Assembly: GCA_965238175.1 (NCBI GenBank)
Contig: CBDEGZ010000003.1
Span: 384,001-448,000, forward strand
DNA from: Gammaproteobacteria bacterium
GTDB taxonomy: Bacteria; Pseudomonadota; Gammaproteobacteria; CAJXQU01
Direction of reading: 5' to 3'
Length of the DNA: 64,000 nucleotides
A program made the position numbers and the translations under genes. The notes below the pieces were generated by a model. That model had not been told where the DNA came from. It ran no database searches and worked only from the letters and a program-made list of their open reading frames with translations. Each line of letters opens with the position of its first letter. Position 1 is the first letter of the stretch. This document shows, piece by piece, positions 18,567-30,673 of the stretch.

Positions 18567-21449
18567 TCAATCTTCTTCTATTAGTTTGTTCCAAATTTTT
18601 GTTACGCCTTCTCGATATGCTTTATATTCAGTTTCAGAGACAAGCGCCGGTTTTTCTTGCAGGGCTAGTTGATGACTGTCTGCGCGATAACTAAAATAAG
18701 CGTCGCGCAATAATTCCGTTTCTTCAGTTTTTAGTAATTTCAAATCAGACAGAGTCTCAAGCAATCTTAAATTGTCTGTGTAAGTTTTTAATTCCTTATG
18801 ATCCGTCGCCCAACACAACACACTATATTGTACTATAAATTCAATATCGGCCATCCCTCCGATACCCTGTTTTAAATCAAACATCCCTTTAACCTTTTTT
18901 GCCAGATTTTCGCGCATCTTTTCGCGCATCTCTCGAACGTCTTTTTTCAGTTCTTTTTGATTCCTTTTTCGCGATAAAATCGAACTGCGCACATTATTAA
19001 ATGCATCCCGGATCACATGACCACCTGAAATTGATCTGGCGCGAACTAATGCCTGATGTTCCCAAGTCCATGCTTTCTCTTGTTGATATTCTGCAAAGGC
19101 CTCCATACTCGTTACTAAAAATCCAGACATTCCACTGGGTCGCAGACGCGTATCAATTTCATAGGTTCTTCCTGCCTGCGTTACTGCAGTCAAAATATGG
19201 ATCAATCGTTGGCCTAGCCGATTGAAAAAGACATTATTATCGACCTGTTTTTTACCATCAGTAAATTGAGCTTCTCCATGACTATCATGAACAAAAACAA
19301 CATCAAGATCAGATCCATATCCCAATTCAAGCCCTCCTAATTTCCCATAGGCAATGATCGCGAAATTCGCCGAAACATTTTTTCCCTTGCTTGTAAAACA
19401 AGGCTTACCATAACGTGCGACCATTTCTCCCCAGGCAAGATCTGCTGCAGCAGAAAGTACTACCTCAGCAATACAAGATAAGTAATTACTTACTTCAGCT
19501 AAGGGTGATTTTCCTGTTATATCAGCAGCAGCAATACGCAGTACTTGTGAATGTCTGAAATGTCTCAAAATATCCATTTGTCTTTCTAAATCATCTTGAT
19601 GCACATTGAACAATTGATCATTGATAAATGTTACAAGTTCAATTTGTTCAGGTGATGAGTATAAGCTTTCACGGTCAATTAACTCATCCAATAAAATAGG
19701 TTGATTGGAAATGTAATCTGCAATCCAGGGGCTTACCGCACATAGTTTTATCAATCTCCCTAACGCATCGGGATGCTCCTTTAGTAAAGATAAATAAACA
19801 CTACGTTTAACCACCGAGTCAATTAAGTTGAGTACTCGTTGTAGCGCGACAGTTTGATCATTATTTGCGACATTAGAGATCCCTTCCAAAACGAGTGGCA
19901 TAAGCCGATCGAGGCGTTCTCGTGCATCATTGCTTAATTGTGCAAGAGCGTATACTTCCCGTGTTTGATCAATCATCTGCAGAATTTCTAACGGCTGATC
20001 AAAACCCAATTTTACCAATGCTTGTTCTGCATCTTCCTGATCAATTTCATTCATCCAAACGGCGGTTAAATCTGTTGATACTTTATCTTTTTCTTCGTCT
20101 TCACCGGTTTTGAGCAATGAAGCGAATCGAGTTGAAACACGACCACGATGTTTATCAAGCTCTAGTAAAAACCCCTCCCAATTCTCAAAACCCATTCCAA
20201 AAGCAACTCTTGCTCGATCAAGTTCTGATGTAGGCAATGCTTGTGTTTGTTGATCCGCAATTTCTTGAATGCGATGTTCAGTATTACGTAAAAAGACATA
20301 GGCTTCTCGCAGATCTTTTTGTTCTTTTTTATTTAAAATTTCCAGATTTTCTAATACCGACAGAACTTCAAGAATTTTTCTGGCTTGTAACTCAGGTTCA
20401 CGTCCCCCTCGTAGCAACTGAAAAGTTTGTCCGATAAATTCCACCTCCCGGATCCCTCCTGGGCCTAGCTTCACATCGCTTGTCATCCCTTTACGTAATA
20501 CTTCACGATCGATCATTTCTTTCATTTTACGAATTGCATCATAAGCACCGTAATCTAGATAACGTCGAAACACGAAAGGTTGTAGCATCTTCATCAATCC
20601 AGCACCGGCGCCTTTATCGCCGGCAGCAATGTTGGCTTTGATCATCGCGTAGCGCTCCCAGTCACGTGCATGGGAGACATAATATTCTTCCATCGCGTCA
20701 AAATTTAAAGCCAACGCACCACTTTCCCCAAATGGCCGGAGGCGCATATCCATGCGAAAAACAAAACCATCTTCGGTCATCTCATTAAAGACCTTGATCA
20801 ATTGTTTGCCGAGACGAATAAAAAATTCCTGATTGTCTAAGGATTTTTTCAAGCCCATTTTTTGAGCATTTGTTTCACCGGCTTCTGGGAAAGCAAAAAT
20901 TAGATCAATATCAGATGAAAAATTAAGCTCATGCGCGCCCAATTTTCCCATCGAGACAATGACCATTTTTTGTAACTCGCCATCTTCGTTTGCTGGTTGT
21001 CCAAAACGTTCGGCTAACCATTGATGCAATAAGGATAATGTTTGATCGAGCATTTCTTCAGCCAATAAAGACAAATCACTGGTTGTTTCTTCGAGATCTA
21101 CAAACCCCGCAATATCGCGCCATGCTATGCGCACCATCTCGCGATTACGGAATTGACGCATCACACACATCAGATCCTCTTCTTCTTCAATGCCGTTTAT
21201 TTTTTTTTTAAACAGTTTTGTGTAATCTTTGCGTGTACGTTTTTTTTCCAGATCAGAGTTGATAATAAGTTGCTTAAATTCTTGTGGATAGCGCAGACAA
21301 TAATTTGCCACAAATTGACTGCATGACAGAACTTTTTTTGCTACAGGATTATTGATCAAGTCTGCCAGATCAGAGTCTAGCTCAGATAATAAACATTTGA
21401 TCTGTTGGTCTAGTATTACAGGAAGTGTCTCAGAGGATTTTTTAGCCAT
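18567..21449 (-). CDS. glnE: Bifunctional glutamine synthetase adenylyltransferase/deadenylase
   Basis: Two nucleotidyltransferase domains (GKLGAHELNFSSDIDL; GKLGGLELGYGSDLD), DMRLRP/DTRLRP. Confidence 0.96.
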   Translation of the reverse strand: MAKKSSETLPVILDQQIKCLLSELDSDLADLINNPVAKKVLSCSQFVANYCLRYPQEFKQLIINSDLEKKRTRKDYTKLFKKKINGIEEEEDLMCVMRQFRNREMVRIAWRDIAGFVDLEETTSDLSLLAEEMLDQTLSLLHQWLAERFGQPANEDGELQKMVIVSMGKLGAHELNFSSDIDLIFAFPEAGETNAQKMGLKKSLDNQEFFIRLGKQLIKVFNEMTEDGFVFRMDMRLRPFGESGALALNFDAMEEYYVSHARDWERYAMIKANIAAGDKGAGAGLMKMLQPFVFRRYLDYGAYDAIRKMKEMIDREVLRKGMTSDVKLGPGGIREVEFIGQTFQLLRGGREPELQARKILEVLSVLENLEILNKKEQKDLREAYVFLRNTEHRIQEIADQQTQALPTSELDRARVAFGMGFENWEGFLLELDKHRGRVSTRFASLLKTGEDEEKDKVSTDLTAVWMNEIDQEDAEQALVKLGFDQPLEILQMIDQTREVYALAQLSNDARERLDRLMPLVLEGISNVANNDQTVALQRVLNLIDSVVKRSVYLSLLKEHPDALGRLIKLCAVSPWIADYISNQPILLDELIDRESLYSSPEQIELVTFINDQLFNVHQDDLERQMDILRHFRHSQVLRIAAADITGKSPLAEVSNYLSCIAEVVLSAAADLAWGEMVARYGKPCFTSKGKNVSANFAIIAYGKLGGLELGYGSDLDVVFVHDSHGEAQFTDGKKQVDNNVFFNRLGQRLIHILTAVTQAGRTYEIDTRLRPSGMSGFLVTSMEAFAEYQQEKAWTWEHQALVRARSISGGHVIRDAFNNVRSSILSRKRNQKELKKDVREMREKMRENLAKKVKGMFDLKQGIGGMADIEFIVQYSVLCWATDHKELKTYTDNLRLLETLSDLKLLKTEETELLRDAYFSYRADSHQLALQEKPALVSETEYKAYREGVTKIWNKLIEED

Positions 21450-21516
21450 CCCTCATTCTAAACCGTCGAAGAATAAAGGCAAAAGTTCAAGCTACAGGAA
21501 AACACTTTACTTATTG

Positions 21517-22338
21517 TTATCTCGGGTTATAAAAACCAAAACAAGCTCGGAAGAGCACGACTAATAGTGAAAAATTATCCCGCATGCCGTTTATTTTGGT
21601 CGGAATTTCTCCCTGAGGATATTGCCTGTTTGTAGGTAGCTCTATGCATAAAAACCCAAGCTTTGGTGCTCTATATGACAAGTAAGCCAATAGTTCGTAG
21701 GTCATAAAAATATCTCGGAAGGGCGCTATTCTTTCATCAAGTAATAATTTACGACTGTATGCACGAAAACCTTGTGTGGTATCTGTCCAGCGAAATCTGG
21801 AAAATAAACTCAACATTGGTGCATGGATATAGCGAATAGCGAAATCACGTGATTTAGGCGTATTCTTTTGCGCTCCTCCTTCGATATAACGAGATGCTTG
21901 TATGAAATCAACTCCCTTTTTTAAAGTGTTAATAAAATCAGAAATAGGATCAGGATCATCTTTATCATTTCCATCAATGGTTATGATCCCTTCATATCCT
22001 TGCTCTAGTGCAAATGCATAGCCACAACGAAGTTGGGCGCTCAACTTACCTGGCCCTGTTTTTTGCAATAAACCTTTGACGCCTTTACTTGTAAGCAGAG
22101 TAGGTTCCAGCGAACCATCGGTAGACCCCCCATCGATGATGATGATATCTGCAAACTGTTCTATTTTTAACACCGACATCTTATCAATAAGAGAAATAAT
22201 CCTATTACCTTCGTTAATAACTGGGATAACGACACAATAGTCCTGTTTGCGCTGCTCCCAAAAAAGCACTTCGTATGCCGGAACTTTCCAATTCGTGTGA
22301 TCTTTAGATATTGATCCTTTATTTGTCGTCAAGTTCAT
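21517..22338 (-). CDS. GT2 glycosyltransferase (polyprenol-phosphate glycosyltransferase-like)
   Basis: VIPVINEG, IDGGSTDG, IDGNDKD, ASRYIEGG, TDTTQGFRAY. Confidence 0.88.
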   Translation of the reverse strand: MNLTTNKGSISKDHTNWKVPAYEVLFWEQRKQDYCVVIPVINEGNRIISLIDKMSVLKIEQFADIIIIDGGSTDGSLEPTLLTSKGVKGLLQKTGPGKLSAQLRCGYAFALEQGYEGIITIDGNDKDDPDPISDFINTLKKGVDFIQASRYIEGGAQKNTPKSRDFAIRYIHAPMLSLFSRFRWTDTTQGFRAYSRKLLLDERIAPFRDIFMTYELLAYLSYRAPKLGFLCIELPTNRQYPQGEIPTKINGMRDNFSLLVVLFRACFGFYNPR

Positions 22339-22344
22339 CTGAAA

Positions 22345-22701
22345 TCACCCCACATGCGATGCTATCAAAGTAACACCGAGGATCACCAGAATAATCCCTA
22401 ACGCGATAGTCCAGTGAAAGGGCTCACGTAATACCAACGCTGAAAACAGTGCGATCACGGTTATCGTTCCGGAGGTTAATAGTGGGTGTGCTACGTTCAA
22501 AGGAAAACGAGATAGTGATGCGGCATATAACAAGAATGCACCTCCGTAGAGAACTAACCCTAGCCAGAAAGGCCAGTTTCGAAGTGCGGCCATAGGATCA
22601 GCTAAGGAAGGAAAAGTATGGGGTGGCATCATCGCGTACTTAACCATAATACTGGCCGAAGCATTTGCAGCAATACCTAAAATAAGAATGATCCACTTCA
22701 C
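22345..22701 (-). CDS. SMR/EamA-like 4-TM membrane protein (ArnE/F-like flippase candidate)
   Basis: 118 aa, four hydrophobic helices, PLNVAHP, ALVLREP, LGIILVILGV. Confidence 0.75.
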   Translation of the reverse strand: MKWIILILGIAANASASIMVKYAMMPPHTFPSLADPMAALRNWPFWLGLVLYGGAFLLYAASLSRFPLNVAHPLLTSGTITVIALFSALVLREPFHWTIALGIILVILGVTLIASHVG

Positions 22702-23534
22702 GATTTTAAACCTGTATTAGTATTTCTATATGACATGATCGCTACTTTGATAGCACGTTCAATTGCGACAATATGAGACTCATTTTTTGTTGCTAACATC
22801 TCGATGCTGATAATATGGTTCGGTAAAGATTTCAGTAAGAATTCTGCATTTGTAGCATGATCACAACCACCATCACCTAGAGGCAATAGATCTGGTTCGC
22901 TGGCATGTATATGCCCAATCAGAGAAGAATAGTCTTTCAGTATATCCTCGGCGTTTTCACCATTGATGGTAAGTGCTCCAGTATCGTACTGCATTTTGAT
23001 CGAGGGGTGATCAATTTGACGAACCATATAAGCCGTTTCTGCGCCGGTTGTCATAAAGTTTGCACCGTAACACTCAGGGTTGGGTTCTAGACAAAGGATA
23101 ACTCCATATGAAAGTGCAATATCACCGAGCTTACGGAAGAAATTACTAGCCATTTCATTAGCTTCATTCTCACCTAACGATCCTTTATCTCTATTTTTAG
23201 GGGAACCAAAAACCAGTCGAGTGGCATTAAGTCCAGCACCGATCCGACATATTGATTCTAGATGCTGCAACATTGCTTTCTGGCTTTTATCAGCCCCAAA
23301 TACATTTAATCCTGATGTACCGAAAAGTAATGCCTGCATACCGGTAATTTCGATGCCCCGATCATCCCACCACTGGCGAACTTGGGCTATCTCTTGATCA
23401 GTTGCATGTGTCGGATCAGAAAAATATTTCCCCGGAGCAATATCGATCGCATCAATATTGTATTGATGAAGTAACTTTACGATAGAGGCATCTTCCGTCG
23501 TATCCCAGGCAATATTCGATATCGCCAACCTCAT
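22698..23534 (-). CDS. Sugar phosphate isomerase/epimerase (xylose isomerase-like TIM barrel)
   Basis: LAISNIAW, LVFGSPKNR, LCLEPN, YDTG, HIHASE, ISIEM. Confidence 0.82.
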   Translation of the reverse strand: MRLAISNIAWDTTEDASIVKLLHQYNIDAIDIAPGKYFSDPTHATDQEIAQVRQWWDDRGIEITGMQALLFGTSGLNVFGADKSQKAMLQHLESICRIGAGLNATRLVFGSPKNRDKGSLGENEANEMASNFFRKLGDIALSYGVILCLEPNPECYGANFMTTGAETAYMVRQIDHPSIKMQYDTGALTINGENAEDILKDYSSLIGHIHASEPDLLPLGDGGCDHATNAEFLLKSLPNHIISIEMLATKNESHIVAIERAIKVAIMSYRNTNTGLKS

Positions 23535-24325
23535 TTTATTTCGCCCATTTTCGATTTAGCCGTAACAGGTTCAGATTGTGCGTAAGCACGAATAGCCTGA
23601 ATAGTGTCAGATCTGGAATATTGATAGTGACCTGAAACCCCGAAAAGATTTGCATATTGTGTGCGGAAATCATACACGGCTGGACTTCTGGACAAAACAT
23701 GATCGAATGACTTACCAAACCCCGACATTGATGCATCTCTTACACTAATTGGCTCCGCTGTCAGGTGGATAAGCTTTAGCCCAGCGACAAGGCAGGTTTT
23801 GATGTCAAACCATAAATTAACCATAGGATAAAACTGGAAAACGCCACGACTATCAATGGCATCAAGATTGTTATTATTCAAAAAATCATAGATAACATTT
23901 TTGAGCAAACCCGGACCGACAAGACCAGGTAGACGAACAATCAAACATTCAGGGAAGTGACTTTCAACAAACTTTTCCAACCTTCTCCTGTTCAGACCAT
24001 AAGCTTGCAGGCCATCTTCATTTACCACAACAGTTTCATCTACTTCTAATACATCTTTATACACATCCACCGTGCTGATCAAAATAAACGTTTTACACCG
24101 GACAGTTTTCAGACGGGCGATTAAGCTTTCAATATTTTCAGAATCTTCTTTAGGATTTTTATTCGCAATCCATTTTTTTGCAGACGCACCCGCACAAACA
24201 ATAGTGTCGAATGTTTGCCCTTCAATCTCACGAATATTCGTTGAGCGATAGAGTGATGTAAACGTTGTTTGTTTTAGTAGTGTGCTACCGACAAACCCGG
24301 TGTGCCCAATTAATGCTTTTTTCAC
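23531..24325 (-). CDS. NAD-dependent epimerase/dehydratase-like protein
   Basis: GHTGFVG, ISTVDVY, YGLNR, IVRLPGLVG. Confidence 0.82.
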   Translation of the reverse strand: MKKALIGHTGFVGSTLLKQTTFTSLYRSTNIREIEGQTFDTIVCAGASAKKWIANKNPKEDSENIESLIARLKTVRCKTFILISTVDVYKDVLEVDETVVVNEDGLQAYGLNRRRLEKFVESHFPECLIVRLPGLVGPGLLKNVIYDFLNNNNLDAIDSRGVFQFYPMVNLWFDIKTCLVAGLKLIHLTAEPISVRDASMSGFGKSFDHVLSRSPAVYDFRTQYANLFGVSGHYQYSRSDTIQAIRAYAQSEPVTAKSKMGEIK

Positions 24326-24367
24326 AAAACTTCCTCAATCACACTACAATTGAAAGTGTTTTTAATC

Positions 24368-25492
24368 TTATACAAAGCTTTCAGCATCGAGTCTCTCAAA
24401 TACATCATAAATATTATCAATTTTACCACCGAGGATAGAATAACAGTTTGGTAGTTCCGGATGTTTTTCATACAAAATTGGCCTACCATCATCCACCTCA
24501 TTTTTCACCAAAACAGTTTTGATCTCAAACAACGACTCGACATAGTTTGCTTCTGAAATAGCCAAAAGATATCTTGCAGTATCACGTAACATACGATCTA
24601 CTCGGCTTAAGCGCTCGTAATGGTTCATTTTTGTATAAGGATTATTATCAGACTCATCACTCCAATCTAGATGCGGTGTATACCGTACATGTGAGAGCGT
24701 GTGTAACCCGCGTGAAGGAAATGGCATCATTGAAAAAAATGGTCCATCCATTACAGTAATTCCTAAACCTTCAAGGGAAGGGGGCATCTTTAAAAGCGCC
24801 ATCTCTGTGATCTCATGTTTAAGCTGTGTAGCAGTCCCAGGATAATCTCCCGACAACTGGTTTAACCCACTGTATGTACAATTAAAAACATAATCGCCAA
24901 ATATAGATTCTTCTTTCTTGTGTTTAGTTTCAACGACGACATTGAGTCCTTTAGATCCTTTTAAAATATTGGTTACTCGGGTGTCAAAACAAACTTTTAC
25001 GCCATACTTTTTCAGTTCTTTTTGCACACTCTCAGCAAGCTTTTTCGAATCGAAAACATATTCTTTAACTAAATAAGCACTTTCGATCAGACGCGGTTCA
25101 AATAATGAAAAAACATTTGAGCCAGCAGTCTCTATTTCCGCACCAATTTCATCACAAAACCGCTCAAATTGAGTAGCGGTAACCTTGGAATTCTTACGTG
25201 CAATAGCGTATATATTCTCGAAATCTTGTCTGATTACCTCAGGCCAATCTTGTATAAATCGCGAAAGATTTATTCTACTTCGACTCGCTGTCGTTAAACT
25301 GCGTGGATAGTGATAGCCATTATGTACCCGAGCCTGATTATTATACGAAGCTCGCGTCATCAAAGCAGATTCCTGCTCAACTACCAGTATATTTTTAAGC
25401 CCCCGATACTTGGCAAGATAAATAGCAATAAGCGAACCGTAAACCCCTCCCCCAATAATCACCGCTTGCTGGGTTAAATCATGATCAAGCAT
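24368..25492 (-). CDS. FAD-dependent oxidoreductase (DAO-like)
   Basis: IIGGGVYG, ASYNNQARVHNGYHYPR, MDGPFFS, GGKID. Confidence 0.85.
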   Translation of the reverse strand: MLDHDLTQQAVIIGGGVYGSLIAIYLAKYRGLKNILVVEQESALMTRASYNNQARVHNGYHYPRSLTTASRSRINLSRFIQDWPEVIRQDFENIYAIARKNSKVTATQFERFCDEIGAEIETAGSNVFSLFEPRLIESAYLVKEYVFDSKKLAESVQKELKKYGVKVCFDTRVTNILKGSKGLNVVVETKHKKEESIFGDYVFNCTYSGLNQLSGDYPGTATQLKHEITEMALLKMPPSLEGLGITVMDGPFFSMMPFPSRGLHTLSHVRYTPHLDWSDESDNNPYTKMNHYERLSRVDRMLRDTARYLLAISEANYVESLFEIKTVLVKNEVDDGRPILYEKHPELPNCYSILGGKIDNIYDVFERLDAESFV

Positions 25493-26517
25493 TAGGGCTC
25501 AGGTTTTACGTAACTTTCGGTATTCCCAGAATTGTTTAACACCCCTTCTTCGATATTCAGTTTCTCATGACGGGTAATAAGAGCACTGGAGAACTCCTGT
25601 GCAACATGATATTTGGGACCTTCGTTGGTAAGGCTTGCCATATGAAGAATATATTCACCGAGAATAAGGAGTACAATAGATATCAGGAAAAACATCCCTG
25701 ATTGCTGAAGAGATAAACTAACCCATCCCGCTGCCACATCATCTTTTAGCAAAGCAATAGCGAGAATATAGACTGAATAAATCAAGTTTGCCGCTGCTCC
25801 AAATAAAGACAGCGTTGTGACAAGACGCATTGGCGTATGAGTCGTTGAAACTAATAAACGGATCCCCTGATCAAGACTCGTTCTTAAATGTTTTTTCCTG
25901 GCAAACGTAGGAACACTGCTGTATTTCAGATTAACGCGTGAAAACCCACCTGTTGCAGGGAGGTGTCGATATGTTATTGCTGGCTGTGGATGTTGCAAAA
26001 TGAAGTTGACAACGTTCTTACTCAGCACTCGATAGGGTGGAGCTTCTTCAGCTAAACGAATATCGTTAAACCATTTATAAAGCCGATTGAAAATAGAATT
26101 TGCATATCGATAAGAACGACTCGAAGCAACTTTTTGATCATTACTTGCAAAAACTACATCGATACCATTTGTCGCCTTCTCCAGCATTACTGGTAGAAAC
26201 TCAAGACCCTCCGTAAAGGGATCTATTGCAACAACAAAATCTCCCAGTGAGTTTTCAAGCCCTAATGAAGACGCAGTATCTTTATCGACCTCTTTGGTCA
26301 ATGCATAGACTTGCAGATTAGGAAGACCATTTTCACCTGCCAGACTTTTCAGAATTGAAATACTATCGTCTTCAGATGCGTTATCAACAATAATCAATTC
26401 ATAATCGCTAACCAGATCAGCAAGAAAACCGGTTGTCTCTTTAAGTAAGTTTTCGACAAGTTCAGATTGATTTCTTAATACAACAATGACTGAAAGAAAC
26501 ACTGGGAAAAAGGGCAC
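25492..26517 (-). CDS. GT2 glycosyltransferase with two C-terminal TM helices (ArnC/GtrB-like)
   Basis: YELIIVDNASED, C-terminal TMs with LGEYI motif; GTG start. Confidence 0.8.
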   Translation of the reverse strand: MPFFPVFLSVIVVLRNQSELVENLLKETTGFLADLVSDYELIIVDNASEDDSISILKSLAGENGLPNLQVYALTKEVDKDTASSLGLENSLGDFVVAIDPFTEGLEFLPVMLEKATNGIDVVFASNDQKVASSRSYRYANSIFNRLYKWFNDIRLAEEAPPYRVLSKNVVNFILQHPQPAITYRHLPATGGFSRVNLKYSSVPTFARKKHLRTSLDQGIRLLVSTTHTPMRLVTTLSLFGAAANLIYSVYILAIALLKDDVAAGWVSLSLQQSGMFFLISIVLLILGEYILHMASLTNEGPKYHVAQEFSSALITRHEKLNIEEGVLNNSGNTESYVKPEP

Positions 26518-26675
26518 TTAAATACTCTCACGTCTCGCACCAAATACTGAGGTACAAGCAGAAGTTATGAATGAAGAGTTAGTATAATTTGAACACCCAA
26601 ATAAGTCACCTGTAAACTGTTTAGACTCTGTGTTTTAGAACTTTTTGTCTAAAACTTATAAAACCATCCAAAATA

Positions 26676-26710
26676 AAAAGCCCCGCTGTCAGAAACAAAC
26701 GGGGCCTTCA
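26676..26710 (-). terminator. Intrinsic terminator after groEL
   Basis: GCCCCG...CGGGGC stem; adjacent A-tract on + gives a U-tract on the minus strand. Confidence 0.75.
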
Positions 26711-26770
26711 GGTTCTAAAGAATATCCTTAATTAAAAGATATTTCTTCAAACAAACAACATAAATGTAGA

Positions 26771-28438
<1,668 letters not shown>

Positions 28439-28460
28439 TTAAATTCGATTTTAGTTCTGA

Positions 28461-28748
28461 TTATTCGATAACGCCCATGATGTCATCTTCGCGCATGACA
28501 ACCACTTCTTCACCATCAATTTTAATCTCAGTTCCAGAATATTTACCAAATAGAACTGTATCGCCTACTTTCACATCAAGCGCTTGTATATTGCCTTGAT
28601 CGTTAGCTTTACCAGAACCAGCAGCGATTACTTCGCCACGCATTGGTTTTTCAGTTGCAGAATCAGGGAGAACAATCCCGCCTGCACTTGTAGTTTCTTC
28701 TTCCATACGGCGTACAACAACGCGGTCATGTAATGGACGGATTTTCAT
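28461..28748 (-). CDS. groS: Co-chaperonin GroES
   Basis: [26 protein letters not shown]. Confidence 0.99.
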   Translation of the reverse strand: MKIRPLHDRVVVRRMEEETTSAGGIVLPDSATEKPMRGEVIAAGSGKANDQGNIQALDVKVGDTVLFGKYSGTEIKIDGEEVVVMREDDIMGVIE

Positions 28749-28799
28749 CTTTTAAGGTCTCCTAAAAACAGATAAAAGTTAAACAAACAGATTAAATTA

Positions 28800-28826
28800 G
28801 TAGCACTCTATCGAGGTGGTTGCTAA
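28800..28826. promoter_or_regulatory. CIRCE-like HrcA operator
   Basis: GTAGCACTC-N9-GGTTGCTAA versus consensus TTAGCACTC-N9-GAGTGCTAA (3 mismatches), just upstream of groES. Confidence 0.7.
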
Positions 28827-28866
28827 TTATAGGTTTGCATATGGGGCTGTCAAGATAAACTTCAAG
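28826..28866 (-). promoter_or_regulatory. Overlapping sigma70 and sigma32 promoters of groESL
   Basis: Minus strand: TTGACA (28853-28848)-N16-TATAAT (28831-28826), and CTTGAA (28866-28861)-N14-CCCCATAT (28846-28839). Confidence 0.8.
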
Positions 28867-28929
28867 TACAATTGGTCAATTAAAATAGAATTCCTTCAAA
28901 ACCAGAGCTTTCAGGTGGATAAAATAAGA

Positions 28930-29550
28930 TCACTTAGCCGTACCTTCATCAAAAGAAGTGAAAAACTTGCGCCTATCAATCTGCCACTTTCGCCACGCGA
29001 AAAAAGAGCCAAAGCAAAGAAAGCCTTGAAACGTCTGAGAACCATCGGCCACATCCTGCTCCGTGAACTCAGACACAAGCTCCCCAGTCACTGCCTTTCG
29101 AGTGCCATCAAAAAACCTTTTATGCTATGAGCGAGTACTGGCACAACAGCCCAAAGATAAAAACAAAACCTACTCACTACATGACAACCATACTTTACCT
29201 GACGTATTCATGCATATCGAAACGTCACGGGCAAAGCCGTCCACAACCGTTTGCGTTCGAGACTATCGCAGCCATCATTGGCTATCTGAAATCAGATTTT
29301 CGGATATCAAGAAACTTCCTCAAAGGTATATCAGGCAATGAAATTAATCTGCTAATGACAGCACTGTCTGGAACTTGAAGAAATGGCTAGTCGCCATTTA
29401 TCTGGCCTTATTTTTGTGGCTTAAAAGGTATGCTATACAGAATCAAAATCAACCCAGCATCAATGCAACGTTAAATCGAGGTTGCTCAGAGCCAAAGGCT
29501 TCTCTGGCAAATATCCATATCGTAAGTTGAAACTTTTTCAGAGGCGACTA
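28930..29550 (+). pseudogene. Degraded IS5-family transposase remnant with probable right end
   Basis: Fragments in three frames: AKKALKRLRTIGHILLRELRHKL, YERVLAQQPKDKNKTYSLH, AIIGYLKSDFRISRNFLKG..GNEINLL; ends TTTTTCAGAGGCGACTA. Confidence 0.72.
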
Positions 29551-30095
29551 CTTTAGTGAATTTAATGCATTTTATGATGAGCGTGCACAAGCCTTACCGG
29601 ATACGCTCCCTGAAATGTTCGAAAACCGCGCATGGAAAGAGGTTGTCGATAAGGCTGGCGGCGTTAGCATTCAGTACATATAACCAAGAAAGGAAAACAA
29701 TAAATGTCATTAGAATATATCAATGTTTGTTTTAGAACAGCCGGACTTTAGATTGTGTTTCAATATTTTTACATATTGAAATTGAACCCGTTTTTTCAAT
29801 CGGTGAAAAGCTTAATAAAATTAACGAAGAAGCCTATATGAGTGTCAAAGTCCAAAAACTGGACGCCCTTAGTAAATCGTAAAATTGAGAGTGTAGAAGT
29901 GATCTGGCATTGGGTGAGGCCGGTATATTCGAGAAGAAAACGTACTACCCTCAAAACGTCTTACTAAAGTTTTCGGGTGAGGCCTCAGTCGTAATATCTA
30001 CAATGGAAATAACTGATACTTCTCATTGGGGTATGGCTGACAATATTGTGGTATTTTTCAATGAACAAGTGGCTAGCAAATATAAGGCTTTAAAT

Positions 30096-30208
30096 GCATA
30101 ACAAAGCTGTCATAGGGACATTTTTTGCTTTGCTGTGTTGGGGGGTGGCTACGCCACTTTACCTCAAAACCCCACTACACAAAAATGCCCTATACTGCAG
30201 CGTTATGT
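30096..30208 (+). repeat. attC site 1
   Basis: R'' GCATAAC ... R' GTTATGT, imperfect palindrome (CATAGGGACATTTTT / AAAAATGCCCTATA). Confidence 0.85.
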
Positions 30209-30232
30209 GATTACGAAAGTGAGTTCCAAGTA

Positions 30233-30673
30233 ATGAAAGGTGTAATATTCGTTGGTCTGCAAGCCAGTGGTAAGTCCTATTTTTATCTCAGGAAGCTTTA
30301 TAAAACTCACCTACGCCTTAATATGGATATGCTAAAAACACGGCATAGGGAAAATATTCTATTTAATGCATGCTTGGAATCGAAACAACCTGTTGTAATT
30401 GATAATACTAACTCTACGAAAAATGAGCGTGAAAAATACATTAGCGGTTTTAAGAATCACCGTTTTGAGGTTATAGGGTTTTACTTTGCTTCCAGCTTGT
30501 CTGAATGCTTAGAAAGGAATGCATCCAGAAAGGGTAAAGAGAGAATACCAGACGTAGGTCTGAAAGGAACATACAGTAAGCTGGAATTGCCTACTTATTC
30601 TGAAGGTTTTGACAAGTTGTATTATGTATCCATGAAAAATGATGAATTTCTCATAGAGGAGTGGCAAAGATGA
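30233..30673 (+). CDS. P-loop kinase (AAA_33 / polynucleotide-kinase-like)
   Basis: GLQASGKS Walker A, VVIDNTN, LERNASR lid; true start ATG 30233 after attC1; stop overlaps next ATG (ATGA). Confidence 0.82.
   Translation: MKGVIFVGLQASGKSYFYLRKLYKTHLRLNMDMLKTRHRENILFNACLESKQPVVIDNTNSTKNEREKYISGFKNHRFEVIGFYFASSLSECLERNASRKGKERIPDVGLKGTYSKLELPTYSEGFDKLYYVSMKNDEFLIEEWQR

Noticed and set aside
30125-30232. N-terminal extensions of cassette ORFs (also 32348-32482)
   Set aside because: They run through attC sites; better starts lie at 30233 and 32483.
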